A stretch of DNA of 35,751 bases from a virus. Lineage: Duplodnaviria; Caudoviricetes. The translations under genes and the position numbers were made by a program. The notes under the pieces are model-generated. The model saw nothing but the letters and a program-made list of their open reading frames with translations. It was not told the origin of the DNA and did not search any database. How positions within the stretch are numbered: the first letter of the stretch is position 1; the number at the start of each line of letters is the position of its first letter. The DNA lies in IMG/VR virus record IMGVR_UViG_3300044638_006439, positions 1 through 35,751 of that record; one strand, 5' to 3'. Below, in pieces: positions 7,588 through 15,540 of the stretch.

Positions 7588-7950
7588 ATGGCACGCCCCA
7601 TCAAAATCAAAATCAACGTTACCCGCATCCTCAAGGAGTACATCTTTGAGGGTAAAAACGGCAAGTACCTGAACCTTGTCGCATGGCCGAACAAGAACGG
7701 CACAGGTCAATATGGCGACACGCATTTTGTTTCGCAGGACATCCCGAAGGAAGCCCGCGACGAAGGCGTTCAAGCGCCGATTCTTGGCAATTTGACGCTG
7801 CCCGAAGATGAAGCGCCAGCGCGCCAGCAACCGCCGCAAAAGCGCGTCATTCACCAACAGGCACCTCCGCGCCTCTCTCCTCCTGGGACTATCGAGTATC
7901 CAGAAGGGCCGATTGCGGACGGCATGGAAGATTCAGACATTCCGTTTTAG
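7588..7950 (+). CDS. Putative single-stranded DNA-binding protein (non-canonical)
   Basis: Beta-rich N-terminus, Pro/Gln linker, acidic tail ending EDSDIPF like the SSB C-terminal motif. Confidence 0.65.
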   Translation: MARPIKIKINVTRILKEYIFEGKNGKYLNLVAWPNKNGTGQYGDTHFVSQDIPKEARDEGVQAPILGNLTLPEDEAPARQQPPQKRVIHQQAPPRLSPPGTIEYPEGPIADGMEDSDIPF

Positions 7951-7954
7951 AATC

Positions 7955-8455
7955 ATGAAAACGTGTTTTCGATGCCGCTCCACAAAGCCATTGGAGCAAT
8001 TTTACACTCATCCGCGCATGGCGGACGGGCACTTAAACAAGTGCAAGGACTGCACAAGAGGAGATGCCGAGGCGCGCAGGCTTCACCTCGTTCAAACCGA
8101 TCTAGATTGGGTTGAGCGAGAGCTTGAGCGCCAAAGACTCAAACAGGCAAAACGGCGCAGCATGGGGAAAGTCGCAAAGCCGCTTCCCAACCATTCGGAT
8201 AAATGGAGGAAAATGAATCCGGTCAAGGCTCGCGCTCATGCGTTAGTGCAAGAGGCTATTGCTTTGGGAGCGTTGAAGAAATGTCCTTGTGAAATTTGCG
8301 GAAGCGATACGGCGCAGGCCCATCATGAAGATTACGCGAAGCCGTTGGATGTAGTTTGGTTATGCACCAAACATCACGCCGCCCGACATGTGGAAATCAA
8401 TCGCCAGAGGCGCAAATTGCGCTTTTTGGGAAAACCACAAAATACCACGTTGTAA
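7955..8455 (+). CDS. Zn-binding HNH-like endonuclease
   Basis: N-terminal CxxC...CxxC (KTCFRC...CKDC), C-terminal CEICG...AHHEDY.KPLDVVWLCTKHH. Confidence 0.75.
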   Translation: MKTCFRCRSTKPLEQFYTHPRMADGHLNKCKDCTRGDAEARRLHLVQTDLDWVERELERQRLKQAKRRSMGKVAKPLPNHSDKWRKMNPVKARAHALVQEAIALGALKKCPCEICGSDTAQAHHEDYAKPLDVVWLCTKHHAARHVEINRQRRKLRFLGKPQNTTL

Positions 8456-8506
8456 TAAGCGAGAACGTGATCCAAAAGAAGACGCCGACTGGAAACGGCT
8501 GATAGA

Positions 8507-8617
8507 ATGAAAACAAACCACTACAACGCCCCATCCTTGCCCGTGCCCTTGTGGCATCTCTGCGTTTTCCAGAGTTTCCAGCGGTCATTGATGGGGCGGC
8601 CTGTTTTTTGCAAATGA
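8507..8617 (+). CDS. Possible 36-aa leader peptide overlapping the initiator start
   Basis: MKTNHYNAPSLPVPLWHLCVFQSFQRSLMGRPVFCK; its TGA overlaps ATG 8614; runs through a predicted RNA structure. Confidence 0.35.
   Translation: MKTNHYNAPSLPVPLWHLCVFQSFQRSLMGRPVFCK
8527..8609 (+). promoter_or_regulatory. Branched RNA structure with T tract (attenuator-like leader)
   Basis: CGCCCCATC (8527-8535) pairs with GATGGGGCG (8590-8598), enclosing hairpins TGCC/GGCA and CTCTG/CAGAG; followed by GCCTGTTTTTT. Confidence 0.55.
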
Positions 8618-9390
8618 ACGGTAAGCCTGCGCCTGCGTTTCAATTCTATCCCGCCGACTGGATTTCGAGTCAGCGAGTCCAAATGCTATCCTTGGACGAA
8701 GAGGGCGCATACATACGTCTTGTGGCTTCATGCTGGCAGCATGGCAGCATTCCAGCCGACGCGGAAAAGTGCGCCCGCTTGATTGGCAAGGGTTGTTCAA
8801 CCACCCTTGCAACGGTGGTTCAAGCAATGTTCCAACCACACCCCAACGACGGCACCAAATTGGTGCATGATCGACTTGATATGGAGCGTGAAAAGCAGGC
8901 TCTTTGGCGTCAAAAGTCGGCTGATGGCGGGCGCAAATCGGCTGAAAAGAGGGCCGAAAAAGCCAAAAACAAAGAGCCCTCTCCTACTGAAAGCAAGGGT
9001 GGTTCAAGGGTGGTTGAACCACCGTATCAACCAAATGGCAACTCTTCATCTTCATCTTCTTCTTCTATTACCCCTATATCCCCAAACGGGAAACCTCCGG
9101 CTCCGCCGTCGTTGGAGTTGGAAGCTCAACAAACCATTCCAATCCTGACCCCTGAGCAAAAAGAAGTGGCGTCTTGGTTTGGTCGCAGGCCCACAACAGC
9201 ATGGAGCGACAAAGAGCGGAAGGCATGGGCCAAGATCGCCAAGCCTATCGAGCCGGACGATTGGAAGGCTGTGCGTTGGTTCTACACGCAATCAGGGTGC
9301 CAATACCTGCGACGCGACCTCTTGACTTTGCTGAACAACTGGAGCGGCGAAATCGACCGCTCAAAAAACTTTGACCCGTCTGCGAAATGA
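8614..9390 (+). CDS. Phage replication initiator (DUF1376/YdaU-like)
   Basis: PAFQFYPADW...LSLDEEGAYIRL...WQHGSIP...RLDMEREKQ...GGRKS; directly upstream of DnaB; internal repeats. Confidence 0.85.
   Translation: MNGKPAPAFQFYPADWISSQRVQMLSLDEEGAYIRLVASCWQHGSIPADAEKCARLIGKGCSTTLATVVQAMFQPHPNDGTKLVHDRLDMEREKQALWRQKSADGGRKSAEKRAEKAKNKEPSPTESKGGSRVVEPPYQPNGNSSSSSSSSITPISPNGKPPAPPSLELEAQQTIPILTPEQKEVASWFGRRPTTAWSDKERKAWAKIAKPIEPDDWKAVRWFYTQSGCQYLRRDLLTLLNNWSGEIDRSKNFDPSAK
8786..9024. repeat. Iteron-like repeats CAAGGGTGGTT inside the initiator gene (candidate origin)
   Basis: Copies at about 8786 (1 mismatch), 8799 (inverted), 8809 (1 mismatch), 8993, 9005, 9017 (inverted, partial). Confidence 0.6.
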
Positions 9391-10784
9391 CCCTCACGAC
9401 CGAAGAACTTCTGGCTTCCCTTAACCGCGCGCTGCCTTGCTCAGACGAGGCCGAGAAGGGCGTTATCTCGTGCCTCATGCAGCGGCCCGAACTGCTGAAC
9501 GAATGTCCTGCGCCTGCCACCATCTACCACGAAGGCACGCGGGCCATTTACGAGGCAATGCAAACGCTTGCGGCCAAGGGGCAACCCTTCGACCCCGTGA
9601 CGCTGACTCATTTTCTGCGCGAGCAAGGGGCACTCGACAAAGTAGGCGGAGCCGTGGCGATTAGCGACCTTTGGGGCTTTACGCCTATCTCGGCGCACTT
9701 CCCATTTTATCGCAAGATCGTGATGGAGAAGTTCACGCTGCGCGAAGTCATCCGCGCCTCTGCGCTGAACATCGCTCAAGCCTACGAACACGGCAAGGAG
9801 CAGACCGACGATGACGTGACGGTTGTGCTCGACGATGCGGCACGGCGAATCCAAGACGCTCGCGAAGTTTCGTCCATGGAGGAAAGCGCCGAATTGCCCT
9901 CGACGCCGATCCGTGAACTCGTCATGCAGGTATTGGAAGATTGCGAGGGGCAGGCGTCATCCGGCAGGAAGTTTGCTGGCGTCTCGACCGGCATCGAGGC
10001 GGTTGATGACATCATGGGCGGGCTTGAGCCTGGATGCCTCACGGTCGTGGCCGCAGAGTCCAGCGATGGCAAGTCCTCGCTGTGTCGCCAAATTCTCGAA
10101 GAGGTCGCCAAGGAAGGGCACCAGTGCGTTGATTACACTTATGAGATGATGCCCAAGACCGAGGCGCGGCGCATTTTGTGCTCGCAGGGGCGTATTGACG
10201 CCCGCAACCTCAAGATGGGGCTTTTGACCAGAGGCGAACAAGGCTCTTTGGCTGCGCATGCCCGCAAGGTCAGCGAGTGGGACATGCACATCATCGACGT
10301 GGCGGGCAAGACCATCGAGCAGATTTGCCGAGACATCACGCGCCGCGCCCGCAAGTTGCCTGCCAGCAAGAGGCTCGTTGCCATGATCGACTACATTCAG
10401 TTGTGCAAAACGGCGGCCACAGACAAGAAGAATCGGGAGCGCGAGGTTGCGCACATCACAGCGACCGCCAAGCAGTGCGCCAAGACGACGGGAGCGCACA
10501 TCATCATGCCCAGCCAGCAAAACAAAGACGGCGAGGTGCGGGAAAGCATGGCAATCGAGCAGGACGCCGACAACCTGCTTCAGATTCAAAAGGTCAAGCA
10601 ACAGGGCAAGAAACCAGCTTGGCAGCGTGGCGAGCAGGACGAGGACGAAAAGCCGTCCTGGGTGCGGAAGATTTTTTTCAAGAAGCTGCGCGACGGCGAG
10701 CGATACCGCCATGTCATGATGGAACTGCGAGGGAACAATTTCCGCTTTGAGGTCATCCGCGAAACCGAGGAACCGACACCATGA
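9387..10784 (+). CDS. dnaB: DnaB-like replicative helicase
   Basis: P.S.EAEKGVI N-domain, GVSTGIEAVDDIMGGLEPG, Walker A AAESSDGKS, YEM, MIDYIQL, RESMAIEQDAD, KLRDG. Confidence 0.95.
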   Translation: MTLTTEELLASLNRALPCSDEAEKGVISCLMQRPELLNECPAPATIYHEGTRAIYEAMQTLAAKGQPFDPVTLTHFLREQGALDKVGGAVAISDLWGFTPISAHFPFYRKIVMEKFTLREVIRASALNIAQAYEHGKEQTDDDVTVVLDDAARRIQDAREVSSMEESAELPSTPIRELVMQVLEDCEGQASSGRKFAGVSTGIEAVDDIMGGLEPGCLTVVAAESSDGKSSLCRQILEEVAKEGHQCVDYTYEMMPKTEARRILCSQGRIDARNLKMGLLTRGEQGSLAAHARKVSEWDMHIIDVAGKTIEQICRDITRRARKLPASKRLVAMIDYIQLCKTAATDKKNREREVAHITATAKQCAKTTGAHIIMPSQQNKDGEVRESMAIEQDADNLLQIQKVKQQGKKPAWQRGEQDEDEKPSWVRKIFFKKLRDGERYRHVMMELRGNNFRFEVIRETEEPTP

Positions 10785-10990
10785 ATGCCATCCCTTACCC
10801 TATTTGCCAACAAACCGGCCCCACAAGCCGCCAGATTGGCCGCAAGCTCGCGCGAGTGTTAGCAATCATGCGACGCCAAGAGGCCGTCAAATCGCCCGCA
10901 AACGCGAAATCTGCGACAATTTGCAATCCGATGTCTGCTTTTGCGACTTGGGAGCATGAACGCGACGGGACCGCGACTGACGAGTTTTGA
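10781..10990 (+). CDS. Hypothetical protein
   Basis: 69-aa ORF, ATGA-coupled to dnaB. Confidence 0.55.
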   Translation: MNAIPYPICQQTGPTSRQIGRKLARVLAIMRRQEAVKSPANAKSATICNPMSAFATWEHERDGTATDEF

Positions 10991-11002
10991 ACTTTACCAC
11001 CC

Positions 11003-11206
11003 ATGACGGAATATGAACGAATCCGCGACCGCTTTAACGCCTCCACGACCTGCCGAGAAGGTCAACGGCCATGCCTCGACTACGAACCTGGATGCCGCTT
11101 TATCGAATGCGAGCGCGGCGACGCCTGCCGGTGCCGACTCAATGACGGCGACGTGGGGCCAATCTCCGCATTTCTTATCCGCTGGCGCGAGCGTTTCGCC
11201 AAGTAA
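11003..11206 (+). CDS. Cys-rich hypothetical protein
   Basis: 67 aa with six Cys. Confidence 0.6.
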   Translation: MTEYERIRDRFNASTTCREGQRPCLDYEPGCRFIECERGDACRCRLNDGDVGPISAFLIRWRERFAK

Positions 11207-11315
11207 GACGTGCCGCCGCTGTCTTGGACTCGGGCGCGTGCTCGCGAATGCAGGAACCGGGCTTTTGCTCAATTGCCCGACGTGCCACAAAATACCACGA
11301 AATACCGTTGACTAA
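11142..11315 (+). CDS. Possible small zinc-finger protein
   Basis: C-terminus TCRRCLGLG...NCPTCH matches CxxCxGxG...CxxC; start uncertain, overlaps upstream ORF. Confidence 0.4.
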   Translation: MTATWGQSPHFLSAGASVSPSKTCRRCLGLGRVLANAGTGLLLNCPTCHKIPRNTVD

Positions 11316-11336
11316 TACGAGCGGGCTTGTATGAAT
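11285..11336 (+). promoter_or_regulatory. Promoter with upstream operator repeats
   Basis: CCACAAAATA-CCACGAAATA-CCG directly followed by TTGACT (11308) and TATGAAT (11330). Confidence 0.55.
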
Positions 11337-11344
11337 CCCATGCC

Positions 11345-11641
11345 ATGAAAGCACCTAACATTACACCTGGGCATTGGGCCACCGCATCCACATTCCCTTT
11401 TCGTGTCTCCTGCCCACTAGGCAACGGCGTCGCGGACTGCAACGCATCTACCGGCAAAAGCGATGTCGAGAAGGCAGCCAACGCTCAAGCAATTGCCGCA
11501 GTTCCCGCGTTGCTGGAGGCTTTGGCGGCTATGCGTGCCGAGTTTGGAAAGCCCGAAGATGAGCTTGATCCAGACCTAAGCGCAGACCGCGCGCGTATTC
11601 TCGCTAATTCCGCCCTCAAGCAAGCCGGTTACGAATTTTGA
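11345..11641 (+). CDS. Conserved-type phage early hypothetical protein
   Basis: TPGHW...ANAQAIAAVPALLEAL pattern frequent in phage early genes. Confidence 0.8.
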   Translation: MKAPNITPGHWATASTFPFRVSCPLGNGVADCNASTGKSDVEKAANAQAIAAVPALLEALAAMRAEFGKPEDELDPDLSADRARILANSALKQAGYEF

Positions 11642-11695
11642 CACCATGAACACACGAACGAACCACGGCGCGCTTGTGCCGATTGAACGAATTGC

Positions 11696-11869
11696 ATGAA
11701 AGCGACCTGTCCCAAATGCAACACGGCCTTCGAGGTCAAGACGCTGGCGAGCCTGGGCGGAAAAGCTCGCTGGAAAGGCATCCCTGCCGCTGAACGGTCC
11801 AACATCGCCCGCGCTGCCGTTTCGGCTCGATGGGCAAAGCAGAAACAAGCCAAAGAGCAAAGATCATGA
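11696..11869 (+). CDS. Small basic protein, CxxC plus GGKAR...ERS.IAR.A..ARW motif
   Basis: Read by hand: MKATCPKCNTAFEVKTLASLGGKARWKGIPAAERSNIARAAVSARWAKQKQAKEQRS; ATGA-coupled. Confidence 0.7.
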   Translation: MKATCPKCNTAFEVKTLASLGGKARWKGIPAAERSNIARAAVSARWAKQKQAKEQRS

Positions 11870-12357
11870 ACACCACACCAACACCCGACTACGGCGAGCC
11901 GTGGACTATTCAAGAAGGCCATCTTTCCACAAGCCTGTTGGATGGCAAAGGAGACTACTTTGCCGACATCCATGAGCTTGTTGGTGAGGATAGTTCTGTT
12001 GCATGGGCTAAAGCAGAGCGCATTGTCGCCTGCGTCAACGCTTGCGCTAAAATGGCTGACCCGGCTGCTGAGATTGCCGCCATGCGCGAAGCCCTCTCAG
12101 GACGCACGGTGTCCTGCGGGCAGTGCAATGACTACGCCTACAAGCTCGTCGGATTTGAAGCCGAAGTCGCTGGGCTAAGGGCGGAGAATGAAGAGATGCG
12201 CGAGGCTATCCGGGAGGCAATAACAGCCCTATTCCGCCATGACATTGAAGACGTTCATTTGGAATCAGGCGAAGAGCTGACAATGACCGTCACCGAGGAA
12301 GATCAAAAATCGCTTCGATCCGCCCTCGCCAAACTCCAACCCTTCACCACACCATGA
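11866..12357 (+). CDS. Hypothetical protein with coiled coil
   Basis: MNTTPTPDYGEPW...AERIVACVNAC phage early-gene pattern. Confidence 0.8.
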   Translation: MNTTPTPDYGEPWTIQEGHLSTSLLDGKGDYFADIHELVGEDSSVAWAKAERIVACVNACAKMADPAAEIAAMREALSGRTVSCGQCNDYAYKLVGFEAEVAGLRAENEEMREAIREAITALFRHDIEDVHLESGEELTMTVTEEDQKSLRSALAKLQPFTTP

Positions 12358-12533
12358 CTTTCCACCGCATTGTCATTCAAGTGCTCGATTCGGAGCACAA
12401 CAAGGCCGCGATTGAGCGCCTGATGCCTAAGCTGCCGGAACTTCTCGGGCCCATCCACGGCCCTTTCGAGATCATCAAACGCGAGCAGGTCACAATCATC
12501 GACGCTGCCAGAATCGAAAAACCAGAACCATGA
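12354..12533 (+). CDS. Hypothetical protein (59 aa)
   Basis: Read by hand: MTFHRIVIQVLDSEHNKAAIERLMPKLPELLGPIHGPFEIIKREQVTIIDAARIEKPEP; ATGA overlaps both sides. Confidence 0.7.
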   Translation: MTFHRIVIQVLDSEHNKAAIERLMPKLPELLGPIHGPFEIIKREQVTIIDAARIEKPEP

Positions 12534-12871
12534 AAGCAGACCCTAAAGCAGCGGCTCTGACGCTCAAAGGCCAGGGCTACGGAGCAAGGCGAGCCGCCAA
12601 GGTGCTCCGCCTACCGTTTCAGACAGTTTCGACGTGGTTCTATGGCCGCTCAAGACGCTGCGCGGGACGATCCACGAAGGCAAGTGCGGGACACTCTGCG
12701 GGACAGTGGATGCAATCGCTACACCACGACTCCGCCCACTTTATCGTCAACGGCCTGCCGGTCTGCGCGGACGGTCCCACGGGGGCCAAGGTCAACGCGG
12801 GCGACCGATGGTTCACGCATGACGGCTGCTTGAAGAAATGCCTGCGCTGTGTGGCTCGGGCGAACAAATGA
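12530..12871 (+). CDS. HTH protein with C-terminal His/Cys metal-binding domain
   Basis: LKGQGYGARRAAKVLRLPFQTVSTWF (HTH); AHF....PVC...KKCLRC. Confidence 0.7.
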   Translation: MKADPKAAALTLKGQGYGARRAAKVLRLPFQTVSTWFYGRSRRCAGRSTKASAGHSAGQWMQSLHHDSAHFIVNGLPVCADGPTGAKVNAGDRWFTHDGCLKKCLRCVARANK

Positions 12872-12924
12872 GCTGAGCCGCTAGCGAGCCTTGGCGAGTC
12901 TGTCGGCTCCAGCGCCAGTTCGCC
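12859..12924 (-). mobile_element. Solitary integron attC-like recombination site
   Basis: Minus strand GGCGAAC-TGGCG-CTGGAGC-CGAC...GCG-GCTCAG-CTCATTT-GTTCGCC: complementary R boxes, unpaired spacers, L box with one extra base. Confidence 0.7.
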
Positions 12925-12926
12925 CC

Positions 12927-12961
12927 TTGACTTTACGACCTGCATCTAACCCGATACGAGC
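12927..12961 (+). promoter_or_regulatory. Candidate late promoter
   Basis: TTGACT begins 35 nt before the terS ATG; no good -10. Confidence 0.45.
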
Positions 12962-13396
12962 ATGCCCGCATTGAAGAACCCGAAACATGAAGCGTTTGCG
13001 CAAGCTGTGGCTCTCGGCATGCCCGCCAGTCAGGCCTACGTCGAGCACGTCAGCCGGGATGGGAATTGCTCAAGCGGGACGGCGGAAGTAACGGGCTGTC
13101 GGCTTTCTAAAGATTCTAAGGTGTCTCTAAGAATCGCAGATTTGAGAAAAAAGGTAAGCGAGAAAGCTGACCGCAAGTTCGACCTGACAAAGGACCGCTG
13201 GCTTGATCGACTCGAAAAGATCGCCGACAAGGCCGAAGATGCGGAGGACTATTCAGCCGCGACCGGCGCTCTTCGAGAAATCGGAAAAGCTGCCGCCTAC
13301 TACGAACCCGAGGAGGTCCGACACACGGGCCACATTGACGTTGCCTTGCCCGACCTTGCGGCAGTGGTGGCGAAAGTCTTCAAAGCCAAGCCATGA
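12962..13396 (+). CDS. terS: Terminase small subunit
   Basis: LKNPKHEAFAQ...G...SQAY...A...RL...V..RI.DL pattern; precedes terL. Confidence 0.88.
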   Translation: MPALKNPKHEAFAQAVALGMPASQAYVEHVSRDGNCSSGTAEVTGCRLSKDSKVSLRIADLRKKVSEKADRKFDLTKDRWLDRLEKIADKAEDAEDYSAATGALREIGKAAAYYEPEEVRHTGHIDVALPDLAAVVAKVFKAKP

Positions 13397-15006
13397 CCGC
13401 CACCGTCACAGCCGAGGAAATGGCCGCATGCCTGGGTGACAAGCGATGGCGCTTGAACAATCTCATGCTCATTCTCCCCGAGGATGACGAGGACGGGGGC
13501 CTAATCCCCTTTGTGATGCGCGCCGAACAGGAGCAGTTCCTTCGCGAGCGCCACACGCGAAATTTTGTCCCGAAGGCTCGAAAGCTGGGCATGTCCACGC
13601 TCATTGTCTTGGACAATTTCGACGAGGCCTTGACGGTCCCGAATACCCATTGCGCCATTGTGGACTACCGCGAGGACGACGCCTTGAAGAAGCTCGACAT
13701 TGCGCGCAGGGCATGGAAGGACGGGCCAAAGCATCCGAATCCCGTGATTGCGCACATTTGGGCACAGATTCACAAGGGGCTGAAACTGGTCAAAGACACG
13801 ACGGAACGGCTGGAATGGTCGAACGGCTCCTGCATGGAGGCCTCGACCTCCTTCATGGGAGGTACGCCGCGCCGCATTCACTGGTCCGAAGCTGGGCCGC
13901 AGTCTGCACACGCGCCGGATCGCGCCCGAAAAGTCAAGCGAGGCACCCTGAACGCCATTGGGGCGCATGGCGTCATCGACGTAGAGACGACCATGGAAGG
14001 CGGAGAGGGCACGCCAGCGCGCGACCTGTTCGACCTTGCGCTCTCGATGGTGGGCAAACCGCTCTCGCGCATGGATTGGAAGCTCCATTTCTTCCCGTGG
14101 TATGGGCACCCGTCTTACGATCTTCCCGGCCATGTCCCGCAGTCTGACGAGGTGCTGAAATACGCGGCTGAGATGCAGGAAAAGCACGGCATCAAGATTC
14201 CGGCCTCGCGCTGGGCTTGGTATGAGAAGAAGCGCCAGGAGCAGAAAGACGACGTGTGGACGCAGTTTCCGACCATCGCCGAAGAGGCAATCCGCGTGGT
14301 CGTGTCCGGCCAAATCTTCCCGCAGGTCGTGACGGTCAAGAGCAAGGGCCGTGTCCGACCGCTGACCGTCGAGGCGAACCGCCCGCTTTGGTCGTTTTGG
14401 GACATCGGCAACGACGGCCTCTCTTGCTGGGTGGGCCAACAGGTCTTTCGTGACATCCTGTGGCATCGGTTCTTTTTCACGACCGGCGCGGGCGCTGTCC
14501 GGGCTGCGGAAGTCATTCGCCAGTTTGAGCAGGAGCTAAGCCTTTCGTTCTCGACGCACTTCTTCCCGCATGACGTTGACCATCGCGACACCGGCTCATG
14601 TATCACTTACCGCTCGCAGCTCGTCACCGCCGGGGTGCCTAACCACAAGATTATCACGATCCCGATTGCGGGCGACAAGTGGGACGGCATCAACGCCGTG
14701 CGTGACCGCATCCCGCGCATGTGGTTTGATCCGGCCTGCGAGAAGCCGCAGATCGACGCTTTCGGTGAAAAGCTGCCTTCTGGCCTCGGATGCCTCACGA
14801 ACTACCGGACGCAGCCAAAGGCGGCTTCTGGCGCACTACGGGCACTTCCGCTGCATGACGTGAACTCGCACGGGGCCGACGCTATGGTGACGTTTGGCGC
14901 TGCCGATGAACAGGGCTACCTTGTCGGCAACCTGCGGGCCGATGAGACGCCAAGAGCAAAACGGCGCGGAACGGTGGCAGTCGGAGGACTGGCAACGAGC
15001 CTATGA
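13393..15006 (+). CDS. terL: Terminase large subunit
   Basis: Walker A PKARKLGMST, Walker B IHWSEAG, ETT motif, HFFPW, nuclease WDIG, FPHD, HD..SHGADA. Confidence 0.95.
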   Translation: MTATVTAEEMAACLGDKRWRLNNLMLILPEDDEDGGLIPFVMRAEQEQFLRERHTRNFVPKARKLGMSTLIVLDNFDEALTVPNTHCAIVDYREDDALKKLDIARRAWKDGPKHPNPVIAHIWAQIHKGLKLVKDTTERLEWSNGSCMEASTSFMGGTPRRIHWSEAGPQSAHAPDRARKVKRGTLNAIGAHGVIDVETTMEGGEGTPARDLFDLALSMVGKPLSRMDWKLHFFPWYGHPSYDLPGHVPQSDEVLKYAAEMQEKHGIKIPASRWAWYEKKRQEQKDDVWTQFPTIAEEAIRVVVSGQIFPQVVTVKSKGRVRPLTVEANRPLWSFWDIGNDGLSCWVGQQVFRDILWHRFFFTTGAGAVRAAEVIRQFEQELSLSFSTHFFPHDVDHRDTGSCITYRSQLVTAGVPNHKIITIPIAGDKWDGINAVRDRIPRMWFDPACEKPQIDAFGEKLPSGLGCLTNYRTQPKAASGALRALPLHDVNSHGADAMVTFGAADEQGYLVGNLRADETPRAKRRGTVAVGGLATSL

Positions 15007-15428
15007 ACGTCCAGCAAGCAATCGCCGCTCTCTACGCCTCGCACTTTGCGGCAGGCCATACCTTCGAGGCCGATCTTGCGGCCCATCTTCGCAACGGCTA
15101 CGTGTGGGCGTCTCCTACCGCTTTCGTGATGGCTCGCCTTGTCCGCTCTGACTGGACGTGGGCCGAATGGGGCAACCTGGAGCTTTCCGACCCTGACGGC
15201 GATTGTTGGTGCGTGTGGATCGCTGCCGGTGACTTGGCGGAGTTCTTCCGCGTCTGCCCGCGTGAGACAAAATTCGCTTGCTATTCCAGGCGTGGTTTCC
15301 CCCGACTTTGGGAGTTCCGAGAACTCCAAAGACTTTGCTATGGGATTCATGCCAAAACCGCAAGCTCCGCCCCCTCCGCCTCCTGCTCCTTTGCCGGTGC
15401 GAGAAGATGTCCAACAGGGCACAACTGA
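15003..15428 (+). CDS. Hypothetical protein between terminase and portal (possible GNAT-like fold)
   Basis: ATGA-coupled; HLRNGYVWASPTAFVMAR...DCWCVWIAAGDL; fold call is tentative. Confidence 0.65.
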   Translation: MNVQQAIAALYASHFAAGHTFEADLAAHLRNGYVWASPTAFVMARLVRSDWTWAEWGNLELSDPDGDCWCVWIAAGDLAEFFRVCPRETKFACYSRRGFPRLWEFRELQRLCYGIHAKTASSAPSASCSFAGARRCPTGHN

Positions 15429-15540
15429 CGCCGCTGCGATGGCGAACCGCAGGAAGGGCATTCGCTCAACCATCCTCGGGCAGGCCGCGCAGCCGAAAAC
15501 CATTCTCGGGCAAGTTCCGCAAGGCCAAAGCATGCAATGA
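15340..15540 (+). CDS. Small Pro-rich virion assembly protein
   Basis: MGFMPKPQAPPPPPP...RRKGIRSTILG...KTILG, typical of the gene just before podovirus portals. Confidence 0.8.
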   Translation: MGFMPKPQAPPPPPPAPLPVREDVQQGTTDAAAMANRRKGIRSTILGQAAQPKTILGQVPQGQSMQ

